IMG/VR virus record: IMGVR_UViG_3300020043_004494
Location: 1 to 25,471 of that record
Source: a virus
Taxonomy: Duplodnaviria > Caudoviricetes
Reading direction: 5' to 3' (one strand)
DNA: 25,471 bases
Shown here: positions 1-9,687 of the stretch, piece by piece
Position numbering within the stretch: the stretch's first letter is position 1
Layout of the letters: every line of letters begins with the position of its first letter
Made by a program: the position numbers and the translations under genes
Notes under the pieces: model-generated
What the model was told of the DNA's origin: nothing
What the model saw: the letters and a program-made list of their open reading frames with translations, nothing else
The model's database searches: none

Positions 1-217
1 CAATGGCAACAAAAGCATTGGTGACAATGGATTGATTGCTGGAGTTAATAACGGAGACACTATTGTGGTACTCGCAAATGCTGGAATCGAAGGTGACCAA
101 CTGCGTGACTACTACGCACGAATCAACTTAACCAACAGCAGCACGTCTGAAATCGAGCTGTATGCTGTCAACGCAGTATACGCAAAAAGTAATCTACACA
201 ACGAACTGGGACAATAA
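1..217 (+). CDS. 3' end of a phage structural protein, probably tail stabilization/nozzle type (partial)
   Basis: Frame is open from position 2 to TAA at 215-217. The C-terminus EGDQLRDYYARINLTN..EIELYAVN resembles tail-protein ends of Bacteroidota podoviruses (recalled), and it lies directly before ejection-type genes. Confidence 0.5.
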   Translation, partial: NGNKSIGDNGLIAGVNNGDTIVVLANAGIEGDQLRDYYARINLTNSSTSEIELYAVNAVYAKSNLHNELGQ

Positions 218-221
218 TTAG

Positions 222-229
222 TACCTTTG
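222..229 (+). promoter_or_regulatory. Bacteroidota -7 promoter box TACCTTTG
   Basis: Matches TAnnTTTG, is intergenic and lies 4 nt before the ATG at 234. Confidence 0.6.
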
Positions 230-233
230 TAAT

Positions 234-1217
234 ATGCGACCAAAGAAGAGTAAAGAACCAAAAAAGTATGCTGTAGGCGGTATGGTTGCCGGAGCACTGC
301 TTGGCGCAGGTCAGGCAGGTCTTGGCATCTACCAAATGATTCAAGGACAGCAAGCTGCTAAACGAATTAAGGAAGCATCAACTGCCCGTCCATCTGAGTA
401 CGCAGAGCTGCTAAAGCAGGCACGTAATGCTGAGCTGGAGCAACGACGTCTAGAAGAACTTAATCGTTCAATTTCCACCGGAATTGCTGCCGCCCAAGGC
501 GCAGGTGGGCGCACCTTACTTGGTGTGCTTCCCAAAATGGTGCAAGCTGGAGATGCTGGTGCACTTGACATTTTAGGACAACGCCGCTCTGATACAATGC
601 AGGCTCTTCAGTTTGGAGCACAAGGTGCTGAGCGTGAGATTGGTCGTGAGATTAATCGTGAGATGATGGAGCGTGGTGCTGCTCAGGCTGCGATTGAAGG
701 TGGACTGCAAAACTTTGCTGGTGGTCTTGGACAAGTTGGATCAGCTGCTATTTATAGCGAATTAGGAAAAACAGTTAAGGATGTAGAGAAAGAAATTTCG
801 CCAAATCCTGAAGATGCTATACGGCAACAAACTATGAGGTCTTTGGGTAAGACCCAAAGAGAGCGTGATAAGATTGGAGAAAGTTTGGTCGATCTTCAAG
901 GTCAGCTTGACGAAGACCGAGTTCCGCTCCTTGCAGCAAACAGATCTAAAGTTGCGAATATACTTGCACCAGAAGAAGACGAATTTAATCTCGGAAGCAG
1001 ATTGTTTCAACTTCCATCTCAATTAAAGGATGGTGGTATGGTTACTGGCGGTAAGTTTGACCACAAGACCAACCCTATCGATATCATCCACGCTGGACGC
1101 AAGGTTGGTGAGATGACTGGAGGAGAGGTAATCCTCAACCCAGAACAGCAGAAGAAGCTAAGTAAGGAGAGCAAGTACTTCCGTACCTTGTTAAAGAAAT
1201 TCAATAAGCAGAAGTAA
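234..1217 (+). CDS. Putative internal virion/ejection protein, 327 aa
   Basis: Gly/Ala-rich hydrophobic N-terminal and central segments, coiled-coil Q/A/E stretches and a C-terminal GGMVTGGKFDH..GEMTGGE module. First of three consecutive increasingly large ORFs after the tail gene. Confidence 0.6.
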   Translation: MRPKKSKEPKKYAVGGMVAGALLGAGQAGLGIYQMIQGQQAAKRIKEASTARPSEYAELLKQARNAELEQRRLEELNRSISTGIAAAQGAGGRTLLGVLPKMVQAGDAGALDILGQRRSDTMQALQFGAQGAEREIGREINREMMERGAAQAAIEGGLQNFAGGLGQVGSAAIYSELGKTVKDVEKEISPNPEDAIRQQTMRSLGKTQRERDKIGESLVDLQGQLDEDRVPLLAANRSKVANILAPEEDEFNLGSRLFQLPSQLKDGGMVTGGKFDHKTNPIDIIHAGRKVGEMTGGEVILNPEQQKKLSKESKYFRTLLKKFNKQK

Positions 1218-3037
1218 TGGCGAAACTAATTCCAAGTGGTGTAGTAAACCTACCGAACTTCGCAGAGCTACAGTACAATCTCAATCGTCAGCGTCAAGCT
1301 GATGAGCTTGCTGTTGCTAAAGACGTAGCGCAATTCAAGCAGCGAGAAGGAATCATTGCGCCCGGCGCTATGCCGCTTGTACAAGCTGAGTTTGATGATT
1401 GGCAAAATAAAGCAAAGAAATATGCTGCAGACCCAAGTGCTGCAAACTATACTGCGCTTAGTGGAGCATATGACAAATACTCAAAGGCACACGGAACAGC
1501 AAAGTTTCTATTTGATACAGTAAAGGAGCGAGACGCAAAATACTATTCTGACCCAACAAAGTGGGGCATATCAGCTGATCAATACGCCAGTGATTCTGAT
1601 GGTCTTATTCGAAATCGCTACAATAGTTTTGAAGAGCTAATGACTGCTGCGTCCAACATTAGCGAACTTAGTCCAAGAAAAAATATAAACTTTTCTATGG
1701 CAGAACAGTGGGTATCGTCCACACTTTCTCCTGCTTGGGAAAAGGTTTATGCAAGCCTTGATTTAAAAGGTACTGGACGAGTTACCGAAGCGCAAAGAAA
1801 AGAATGGTTTAATCAAGCTTATACAGGTCAAGTTGAAGCTAATGAAGATTCAAAAAAAGAAGCTATACTTGGAGAGGTTCAACGTCAAGGAAGATTTGGA
1901 CTGAATAGAGATGGATCTCCAATAAACTTAACGCAAGAACAAATAAATGAGGTTCTTTCTAGTCCAGAGCTGAGCGCTAAATATCTTTTAGATCATAAAA
2001 ATAGAGCAGAAGCACTATTTAATCAAGGTGCAGCACTTGAGTATGTAACTCCATACGTATCACGTAGGGACGCAAGAGATTATAATTTGCAGGTAGCTAA
2101 ACTTTACGGCGATAGAGATAAAGATCAATTTACTGGAACTCCAGAAATATATCTTACGTCTGCAAATCAGGGTATGGTTGCATTACCGGCCCCAGTAAAG
2201 ATTGGTGATCGAGAGATCTATCAGTATGGAACCGATGCTGCTGGAAATAAATATTTTTTTACATCTCAAAAAAATGAACTCGGTCAAGAAGTTCAGAAAG
2301 TAGTAAAGGCAACAGATGAGGAATTCAGAACAACTGAAGCACTACTTAACAAAGAGTTTAAAGATCCAAACTTCTTTAGTCGCAACTTAGCTATGGCTCG
2401 ATTGCGTATTCCAAAATCTGAAGCAGAAATGTCTAAGATGGCTAAAGAAACACCTATGGCTTCATCAAGAGCGTTAGAGGTTCAATATAAAACAGATAAA
2501 GGACTTATTGGTCAAATGACTGGATCTATTCGTCGCAGTCCACAACAAGCAGCGAGCACAACGCAGCAGCTAGCAAATAAATATCCAGATGCATTTACGC
2601 GCTCTGGAGTAGATCTGAATAACTTAACAGTTGAAGATGTTGACCGCTTTGCTGAAGAGATTGCTGCTGATCAGTCTGGATCTGTAACTAAAGCAAAGGG
2701 TGCAGAAAAGGCTGTTACAGTTTCAAAGAAGTCTGCTCAAGAAACAAAAGAGTACGATAAGCTTTCTGCTCTTACTTTTGAAGTCGGATCAGCACTTGGT
2801 GTCCGTCAACGTGCAGAAGAAACTTCAGATAAATACTTTGAAAGAATCAAAAACAAGGCGTCGGAAATTATGTCCGACACGTATAGGTCTCAAGGAGTAT
2901 ATAAGTCCAAGAGTGGAAACGAAGAGAATGCACGCCTGCGTCGCATTCTAGAATTTAGAACTCCATATCAAGAGGCATCTAGAGCATACAATGACTTCAT
3001 TGATGCTGCTGAAGAACTTGAATCAGCGAGGAAGTAA
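1217..3037 (+). CDS. Putative internal virion/ejection protein, 606 aa
   Basis: Long helical, Cys-free ORF coupled to the upstream gene by a TAATG overlap; function inferred from synteny only. Confidence 0.55.
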   Translation: MAKLIPSGVVNLPNFAELQYNLNRQRQADELAVAKDVAQFKQREGIIAPGAMPLVQAEFDDWQNKAKKYAADPSAANYTALSGAYDKYSKAHGTAKFLFDTVKERDAKYYSDPTKWGISADQYASDSDGLIRNRYNSFEELMTAASNISELSPRKNINFSMAEQWVSSTLSPAWEKVYASLDLKGTGRVTEAQRKEWFNQAYTGQVEANEDSKKEAILGEVQRQGRFGLNRDGSPINLTQEQINEVLSSPELSAKYLLDHKNRAEALFNQGAALEYVTPYVSRRDARDYNLQVAKLYGDRDKDQFTGTPEIYLTSANQGMVALPAPVKIGDREIYQYGTDAAGNKYFFTSQKNELGQEVQKVVKATDEEFRTTEALLNKEFKDPNFFSRNLAMARLRIPKSEAEMSKMAKETPMASSRALEVQYKTDKGLIGQMTGSIRRSPQQAASTTQQLANKYPDAFTRSGVDLNNLTVEDVDRFAEEIAADQSGSVTKAKGAEKAVTVSKKSAQETKEYDKLSALTFEVGSALGVRQRAEETSDKYFERIKNKASEIMSDTYRSQGVYKSKSGNEENARLRRILEFRTPYQEASRAYNDFIDAAEELESARK

Positions 3038-3045
3038 AGTCTTCG

Positions 3046-3053
3046 TATCTTTG
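3046..3053 (+). promoter_or_regulatory. Bacteroidota -7 promoter box TATCTTTG
   Basis: Matches TAnnTTTG in the 32-nt gap before the giant ORF. Confidence 0.55.
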
Positions 3054-3069
3054 TCGAAAGCCAAGATGA

Positions 3070-6000
3070 ATGGAAGACGAAATCAAAGGCATTGTTGACT
3101 TAGCAATCAAGAATGGTTACAATCAGGAAGATATCAAGAATATCTTAACCGAAGGGGGCTTTGACCCTAAGCTAATATCTTTAGCTGTAACCGAGCTTGA
3201 AACTAAAAAAAAAAGTCCGAGCCAAAAAGATTTAGAGGAATTAAAGTTAAAGTCGGAAGAAAAGTTTTTTGCTTCGGATATATCGAGTAGCCAACCACGT
3301 GAGGCTGCTGTAGAGCTTTACAATGCCGTAGTAAAGGGCAACCTTAGTGATGCTGTCGTATCTAAAGATAAGGATCGATACAATTCACTATACAATGTAT
3401 ATCGTCAAACATCGTCTGATCCATCTGTTCGGTCTTTGCCCGCGTCTTTATTTGATGAGAACGGCAACGTAAATAACGATGCGTTTTCTCGGCTTCGCAG
3501 GGATTCATTTCGCCAGCTTCAATACCAAATTGATGAAGATAGGAAATCATACGAAGAACGAGAGGAACAAATAGCAAAACGACAGAAATCTCGTGTTCCT
3601 GTAATTAGCCCACTTATTGATGGAGCTGAATCTATTCTTGGTGGAATTATAAATCTAGCTGGAGAAGTATCAGGTAGCGAAACGCTTAGCGAAGCTGGAT
3701 CATATCTTCTTGAAGATGTACAGCTCGGAACCGTAGCTGGTCTACGAAGTTCAGGACTCACAGATGAAGAAATCAATAAGGGATTTCTAAATAATGTAAT
3801 GGAGGGAAACATCGGAACTGGACTCACGATTCTTGGACCGCAATTACTTCAACAAATACCACAGCTAGCCCTTATTGCAGCAACTGGTGGAACAGCTGGT
3901 ATTAGTGTTCTTGGCGCTTCGTCCGCTGGCTCTGCACTTGAATCTGTAGAAAAGCGCAAGGATATGACAGCTCAAGAAAAGATGCTTTATGGCGTTGGAG
4001 CTGGTCTTGCAGAGGCTTTATCTGAGCGATTGTTTATGGGCGATATTCGTATGCTTCGTCAAGCACTCGGAAAAGCTGGAGCTCAAAATTTGAGCAAGGA
4101 AGAAATAAAGCAATCGTTGTTTGCTAGCGTTCCACAATCTGTCCGTTCAACTTTAGAAGAGGGAGTTGAAGAAGCTGTTGCTAGTGTAGTCCAGCAAGGG
4201 TTACTAAATGTTATTGCTGGTGACGAAATTGATCCAATTGAAGTAGCTGAAGGAGCTATCATTGGTAGCATTATGGGAGGATCAACATATCTCTTATCTA
4301 AGGGTATGGGAGCAATTGGATCCTCTGCTACAATTAAAGAGCGTGCTGAAATAAAGAAGCAAGTTGACGACATTGAAAAATCAATCAATGACCCAGAAAC
4401 ATCCGAAGTAGAAAAGGATAAGTTAGAAGATTTGCTTGCTGAAGTAAATAATAGGAAGCAGGACATTGAGGCAATGGATGCCGCATTCTATTCTCAGATG
4501 ACAGAACAAGATAGGTTAGAGCTTTATAATCTAAACAACAACCTACTTAGAGAAGCTCGAAACTACAATAAATTCAAGGATAAAACCTTGAAGCAAAGGT
4601 CGTTGGACGAGATCAAACGCATCAAAGAATCTATTAACGAAATCGAAAACAGATATGATCGCGAAGAAGAAATCAGGGTACCAAGTCCTGTCGCAGAAGG
4701 GGAAGCCATTATCGAAGCCCAACCTATCGAAGGAACAGGCGAAGAAGCGCCTGAAGCAGGTGGAGTACTTCAAGTACCTGTCGAAGAAGGGCCTGAAGAA
4801 GTAGCATCACCAGCTGTCGAAGAAACTCCAGTTGCTGAAGAAGTAAAAGCTACCGTACCACAATCAAATAAACAATTTGAAGAAGAGAAAAAACGACTAG
4901 AGCAAGAGATAGTTCGTTTGATGGATGCGGAAACGGACGAGATTTCTAGAGTAAGACGAGCCATAAGAGTAGTTCAAGGAACTGATAAGTTAGCAACACT
5001 TGATGGAGTTATGGTTAGTGAAGGGACAATTAAACAAATTTATGGATATTATGAGCCCCTCATAGAAAATTTAAACAATCAACTCAGAGACCTATTAAAG
5101 TCATCTAAGCCTGAGGCACCAGTTCAAAAGCCACTTGCTGAACAAACTGACGATGAGCGCATTCAGCGTCTTATGCTTGACTCTTTAAAAAACAAAGCAT
5201 TCCCAGCTATACCAAACCTTCAATTAAAGGATGGTAGAAATACAAACATCCCATTAGGAACAACAGAACAGGAGTTGGTTTCAGCGCTAGAAAAAGGAGA
5301 AGTTCCAACGAATGATGGTGTTGTAAAGATTTCAGATATACAAAGTGTAACCGGTGATGGTCGGCGTTTTGAAAGAAAAGAAGTAACTCCAGTTGCCGAA
5401 CCAGTTGCTGAGGTTGTAACTCCAACTGTTGAACCAACTCAAGAGACTGCTCCTACCGTCTCAGATGAGGAACGGCAGCTACTCAATAATATCCAACTTT
5501 ATGAGGATGAGATTGATAATAATAAAAACGAAATACAGATAGAGAAGGGCAACATCAAGGAGGAATTAGATCGTCTCAAAGGTGAGATTGCGAACGTTCG
5601 CGCTCAGAAGCTACCAGCTGATGAGAAGCGTGACTTGATTGATGATCTCAAGGCCCAAATGGAAGACGCTAAAGATGCTCACGATAGTCTCGTTGAAATA
5701 TATAAAGAGGGTATTAAATTACTACAGTCTGATGTAAAGAAGGCACAGAGAAAGCTTGCCAAAATCCGTCAATCCCCAACACAGCAACAGGCAGAGCCAG
5801 CCAAGGAGCCATCACCTATGGAGGCTCGTAAAGAAACAGCTGTTAAGACTGATGCTGACGGTAACGCTTTCATAATGAAGGATGACTTCATAACTGAATT
5901 TCCCGCGCTGTATTCATTCTTTAATTCTGGTGAAATTTTCCGTCGCGTGCGTGGAGAAACTGACACAAGGGCTGAATATTTACGTGACAATGCTAAACGC

Positions 6001-9000
6001 GTAGCTTGGCTCAATCAAGCTATTCGCCTTAGAATAGATGTATCTAAGGATTTCTTAGTGATGATGTCATCTTACAAGCCAAGAACTCAAAAGGATGTAG
6101 AGCGATTCAATCAAGCATACATTGAGTCAGAACGTTTCTTGGCTCAAATGATGGCTGCCCAAAAGAATGATGCTGTCTTTAAAACAAAAGCTCAAGTCAT
6201 AGCTGTAATAAAGCGACAAGCTTCCCTTACTCCAGCTCAAAAAGAAGTAATGACTAAGGTTATCCAGTCGTTAAATTCAGAACAGCTATTCAATATAAAC
6301 TTTAAAGGTGAGAAGGACTTTTATCAATTTGCCACAAACTTATTTAAGGCGAATCACGGGTACACTATTATCCACGAAATCGGTCACTGGGGATACTTCA
6401 ATATTCTAAGCGCTCAAGAGCGTTTGGACTTTATGAACTATATGGCCAATAAGTTTATGGATGGCGAGACTGATGGACTTGTATATCCGATGTTTGGCAA
6501 TGCCATAAACGCAAAAGACTCATACCAAGAATACTTCGCTAACCAGTTTGACCAGTGGTACACCAACCAAGTTGGAGCTGAAGGTGTGCTAAAGAAGATG
6601 TTTGAGAAACTTGGTAAGTTTGTTGATCAACTTATTAACGCATTCAAAGAGGTTGGCTACAACAAAGATCTTACGATGTTCTTTGAGCGTATCGCAGATA
6701 CCACTAAGTATGGTATGGATAAGGCTAAAATAGATGCGATAGACAGCCAACTTAACGAAAACTTAAACACTGGCGGTGACTACATTGGTATGCCAAGCGT
6801 GTCATTAGAAAGTATTTCTGACCCAGAAAAAGAAAGTGAACTCGACACGGAACAAGAGACCGTAAAGGATAAATTTAAGAAAGCATTTGAGAAGACCATA
6901 CTTAGTGACAAGAATAAAAAAACTTGGCGCTCTATGTGGTGGAGTGACGAACAGCGTCAGGTGCGCGTGTATAAGGAGACATTGACATCAATGCTCAATA
7001 GAGAGGCGATGACAATAACTGAGTTTGCAAGCAGACTAGATAATCTTTTGTCTGGAGCAGACAGCGACACACTTGCTTTGGTTTCCAACATTATGGATGG
7101 AACCATAACTCCAGAACAGCGATCAGTTCTTGAGTCTAAGAAAGATGGTAAGTTGATATTTGGCTTGACTAATGCGATGCGTAACTACATTGATTCATTC
7201 AGTGAAAGCATTGTATCTAGTGAGGCATTTACTCGGCTATCGAAGGAGATGCAAGAGACTATTATTGAAAACATTGGAACTTACTTGCGTGGCACATATC
7301 GCTTCTGGAAAGACAAGCGCTTTATGCCGAGTGAAAAGACGATCAAAGCAGCTATTGAAGATGTCTACAATACAATGTATAATGACAAGTTCAATGAACT
7401 ACAAAAGCTGTTTAAGGTAGAAAAGGTAAGGAATAATATTGCTGAGCTTTCAGAGCTGTACGAGCAGATACGCGAGAACATTATTGAAGAGGAGCGCAAG
7501 CTTCCAGCTGGAGAGAAGACAGCTGAAATCAAGGCTTTGATTGCCAATCTTGACGACGTAGGAAAGAAACTAAACTCAGAGAGAAAACTAGCTGAGAAGC
7601 AGAAGAAGCTTATGAAGTCTTTGACTGGCAGCGAAGAAATGACGCCTGAGAATATTAAGCTGTTTGTTGACCAAAAGAACGACTACATATCAAAGGAAAT
7701 CAACAAGCTTGCTCCTGAGATTAAAGAGGAGGCTAAAGATTTTGTGAATGCGTATCTTGAAGAAGCTAAGAAGATTCGAGAGCGAGACGACTTCAAGGGT
7801 CTTGGTATGATTAGTCCATCCTCAATTAAGATCCCGAGTAAGCCATTTAGCCGCAGAAAGAATCTTCCAGAAACAATCAAGGCATTGCTCGGTGAAGAAA
7901 AAGATCCTATCATACGCTTTGTGGATACAGCTGTGTCTCTTAGCAACATTAAGTACAAGGGTGAGATGGTATCTAAAATTGCAACGCAATTTAGCGGTAC
8001 AGATTTCATAAAGAATAAGGCCAGTAAATCAGATATTGCCTCTGGAAAGTATAGGGTTGTGAGTGATAAGTTCTCTCCACTTAACGGAAAGTATGTTCAT
8101 ACTGACATATTTGAGGCTATTGTAGACCCAGAGATATACTCTGCAGAAACAGCTTGGTTGCAGACGTACTTTAATATACTTCTGTTAGGGCGCAAATCAA
8201 AAGTTATATACAACCTTCCAACTTGGCGTAAGAACCTTACTGGTGGCTGGTATACTATGATGGCAAATGGAGTTGTCAATCCTGAGTTTTTTAAGGATAT
8301 GAATAGAAGAGCTCAGCTTCTGCTTAGCCGACGAGCTGATCCGGAAACCGAGGCTCTTCTTGATGTTATGGCAAAGGAAGGATTGCTCGGTCAAGGTGTG
8401 GATGCTAACCTCATTGGGGCTGTTAATGTGATGTATAAGCGTGCTGCAACAGGAACTGATCTCGAATACCTAACGTCAATGCAAAGGCTTGGTGAAAAAG
8501 TAAAGGGATTTGACACTCAACTTGGTAATAAGTATGCGTCAGTTGATGACTACACAAAGTTGGTTGTGTTTAGAAGCGAGATAAAAAGCTTTGCTATTAA
8601 ATTGTTTGGAAAGGAATACGATTCTTTGACAGACGCTCAGAAGGATGCCGTCCATAAGCAGGCTGCTGAACGAGTAAAACAATCTACCCCAACATTCTCT
8701 CGCCTTCCGCCATTCTACTACAAGTTAGCTCGTATGCCACTTGGTGACTTCTTGTCTTTTGAGTTTGAAGCAATCAGGAGTTTTACTGCAAACTTTAAGA
8801 ATGGATACACCGATATTCAAACTGGAATTAACGACAAGAGTTTATCTCCAGAACAAAAAGCTGAATACATTAAGTCTGGAACTCGCAGACTTATGGGTAC
8901 AGCTGCTGTATTTGGAGCTCGTGCTGCTGTTCCAGCTATTCTTGCTGGTATAGCTCTTGGAGATGACGATGAACTTGAGGAGGACGTAAAAGCATTACGA

Positions 9001-9687
9001 CCAAACTGGATGGAAGGTCATAGTATTATACCTACGGCGATTGGCAAAGACGGGACAGCTACTGTTTATGACTACTCAATGGAAGATCCATACGGGACAA
9101 TTTTTGATGTTGTCACTGATCCGTTATCTTTCCCATCGCACGCATTGAATATGCTTAATCCTAATATGGCGATAACATTTTTGTTCAACCTGTCTGAATC
9201 TAGAGATGTATACGGAAGAGATATTGTGAACAGCTATGACAGTGGGTTTACAAAAGCATATAAGTATAGTGGATACACACTTAAATCACTTATTGTTCCT
9301 CCATTTATATCTTCAGCAGTAAGGGATGAATTAAGAACTGCTGAAGCAGAAGCAGAAACATATAGCCCACTAGATGCTGTTGGTCGTGTGGCTTCTAGAG
9401 CTGTTATTAGAGACTATAAGTATGACATTTCTTCTCAGTTGTATTTCTTTGGAAAAGAGTTTGCAACCAAAAAAGACCAATATACTGATCTTTCAGGAGC
9501 ATCAAGAAGCAACAGACTCGCTCAACTTGACGATATAAGAAATATGTATTTATCTCTTAACAATATAGCATTGCAGAAAGGAAATCTTAATTTAATTGTC
9601 GAAGCAAATAAGAATCTTAAGCGTCAGTTCAAACCATTTGAAGAAGCGTACATTTTATACGGTTATGAAATCCCCGAACAAGAATGA
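3070..9687 (+). CDS. Giant internal virion/ejection (polyvalent-type) protein with zincin-like metallopeptidase module, 2205 aa
   Basis: Gly/Ala-rich membrane-like N-terminal region, P/V/A/E linkers, coiled coils, IIHEIGH (HExxH, 6373-6387) with downstream EYFA (6529-6540), and a helical C-terminal region typical of large podovirus ejection proteins. Confidence 0.7.
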   Translation: MEDEIKGIVDLAIKNGYNQEDIKNILTEGGFDPKLISLAVTELETKKKSPSQKDLEELKLKSEEKFFASDISSSQPREAAVELYNAVVKGNLSDAVVSKDKDRYNSLYNVYRQTSSDPSVRSLPASLFDENGNVNNDAFSRLRRDSFRQLQYQIDEDRKSYEEREEQIAKRQKSRVPVISPLIDGAESILGGIINLAGEVSGSETLSEAGSYLLEDVQLGTVAGLRSSGLTDEEINKGFLNNVMEGNIGTGLTILGPQLLQQIPQLALIAATGGTAGISVLGASSAGSALESVEKRKDMTAQEKMLYGVGAGLAEALSERLFMGDIRMLRQALGKAGAQNLSKEEIKQSLFASVPQSVRSTLEEGVEEAVASVVQQGLLNVIAGDEIDPIEVAEGAIIGSIMGGSTYLLSKGMGAIGSSATIKERAEIKKQVDDIEKSINDPETSEVEKDKLEDLLAEVNNRKQDIEAMDAAFYSQMTEQDRLELYNLNNNLLREARNYNKFKDKTLKQRSLDEIKRIKESINEIENRYDREEEIRVPSPVAEGEAIIEAQPIEGTGEEAPEAGGVLQVPVEEGPEEVASPAVEETPVAEEVKATVPQSNKQFEEEKKRLEQEIVRLMDAETDEISRVRRAIRVVQGTDKLATLDGVMVSEGTIKQIYGYYEPLIENLNNQLRDLLKSSKPEAPVQKPLAEQTDDERIQRLMLDSLKNKAFPAIPNLQLKDGRNTNIPLGTTEQELVSALEKGEVPTNDGVVKISDIQSVTGDGRRFERKEVTPVAEPVAEVVTPTVEPTQETAPTVSDEERQLLNNIQLYEDEIDNNKNEIQIEKGNIKEELDRLKGEIANVRAQKLPADEKRDLIDDLKAQMEDAKDAHDSLVEIYKEGIKLLQSDVKKAQRKLAKIRQSPTQQQAEPAKEPSPMEARKETAVKTDADGNAFIMKDDFITEFPALYSFFNSGEIFRRVRGETDTRAEYLRDNAKRVAWLNQAIRLRIDVSKDFLVMMSSYKPRTQKDVERFNQAYIESERFLAQMMAAQKNDAVFKTKAQVIAVIKRQASLTPAQKEVMTKVIQSLNSEQLFNINFKGEKDFYQFATNLFKANHGYTIIHEIGHWGYFNILSAQERLDFMNYMANKFMDGETDGLVYPMFGNAINAKDSYQEYFANQFDQWYTNQVGAEGVLKKMFEKLGKFVDQLINAFKEVGYNKDLTMFFERIADTTKYGMDKAKIDAIDSQLNENLNTGGDYIGMPSVSLESISDPEKESELDTEQETVKDKFKKAFEKTILSDKNKKTWRSMWWSDEQRQVRVYKETLTSMLNREAMTITEFASRLDNLLSGADSDTLALVSNIMDGTITPEQRSVLESKKDGKLIFGLTNAMRNYIDSFSESIVSSEAFTRLSKEMQETIIENIGTYLRGTYRFWKDKRFMPSEKTIKAAIEDVYNTMYNDKFNELQKLFKVEKVRNNIAELSELYEQIRENIIEEERKLPAGEKTAEIKALIANLDDVGKKLNSERKLAEKQKKLMKSLTGSEEMTPENIKLFVDQKNDYISKEINKLAPEIKEEAKDFVNAYLEEAKKIRERDDFKGLGMISPSSIKIPSKPFSRRKNLPETIKALLGEEKDPIIRFVDTAVSLSNIKYKGEMVSKIATQFSGTDFIKNKASKSDIASGKYRVVSDKFSPLNGKYVHTDIFEAIVDPEIYSAETAWLQTYFNILLLGRKSKVIYNLPTWRKNLTGGWYTMMANGVVNPEFFKDMNRRAQLLLSRRADPETEALLDVMAKEGLLGQGVDANLIGAVNVMYKRAATGTDLEYLTSMQRLGEKVKGFDTQLGNKYASVDDYTKLVVFRSEIKSFAIKLFGKEYDSLTDAQKDAVHKQAAERVKQSTPTFSRLPPFYYKLARMPLGDFLSFEFEAIRSFTANFKNGYTDIQTGINDKSLSPEQKAEYIKSGTRRLMGTAAVFGARAAVPAILAGIALGDDDELEEDVKALRPNWMEGHSIIPTAIGKDGTATVYDYSMEDPYGTIFDVVTDPLSFPSHALNMLNPNMAITFLFNLSESRDVYGRDIVNSYDSGFTKAYKYSGYTLKSLIVPPFISSAVRDELRTAEAEAETYSPLDAVGRVASRAVIRDYKYDISSQLYFFGKEFATKKDQYTDLSGASRSNRLAQLDDIRNMYLSLNNIALQKGNLNLIVEANKNLKRQFKPFEEAYILYGYEIPEQE
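4655..4804 (+). CDS. Nested +1-frame small basic protein, 49 aa (MIAKKKSGYQVLSQKGKPLSKPNLSKEQAKKRLKQVEYFKYLSKKGLKK)
   Basis: ATG 4655 to TAG 4802-4804, translated by hand. A-rich leader (GAAAACAGAT), strong G/C-ending codon bias in this frame, and an AKKRLxQVEYFK motif recalled from small stand-alone phage proteins. Confidence 0.7.
   Translation: MIAKKKSGYQVLSQKGKPLSKPNLSKEQAKKRLKQVEYFKYLSKKGLKK

Noticed and set aside
2700-2951. Alternate-frame ORF inside the 606-aa gene (also 7172-7420 and 8741-8953)
   Set aside because: No convincing ATG with leader, Leu/Lys-rich shadow composition and no codon-bias shift, unlike the nested gene at 4655-4804.
3070-9687. Virion RNA polymerase
   Set aside because: The size is suggestive, but no DxDxD catalytic motif or other polymerase motif was found.
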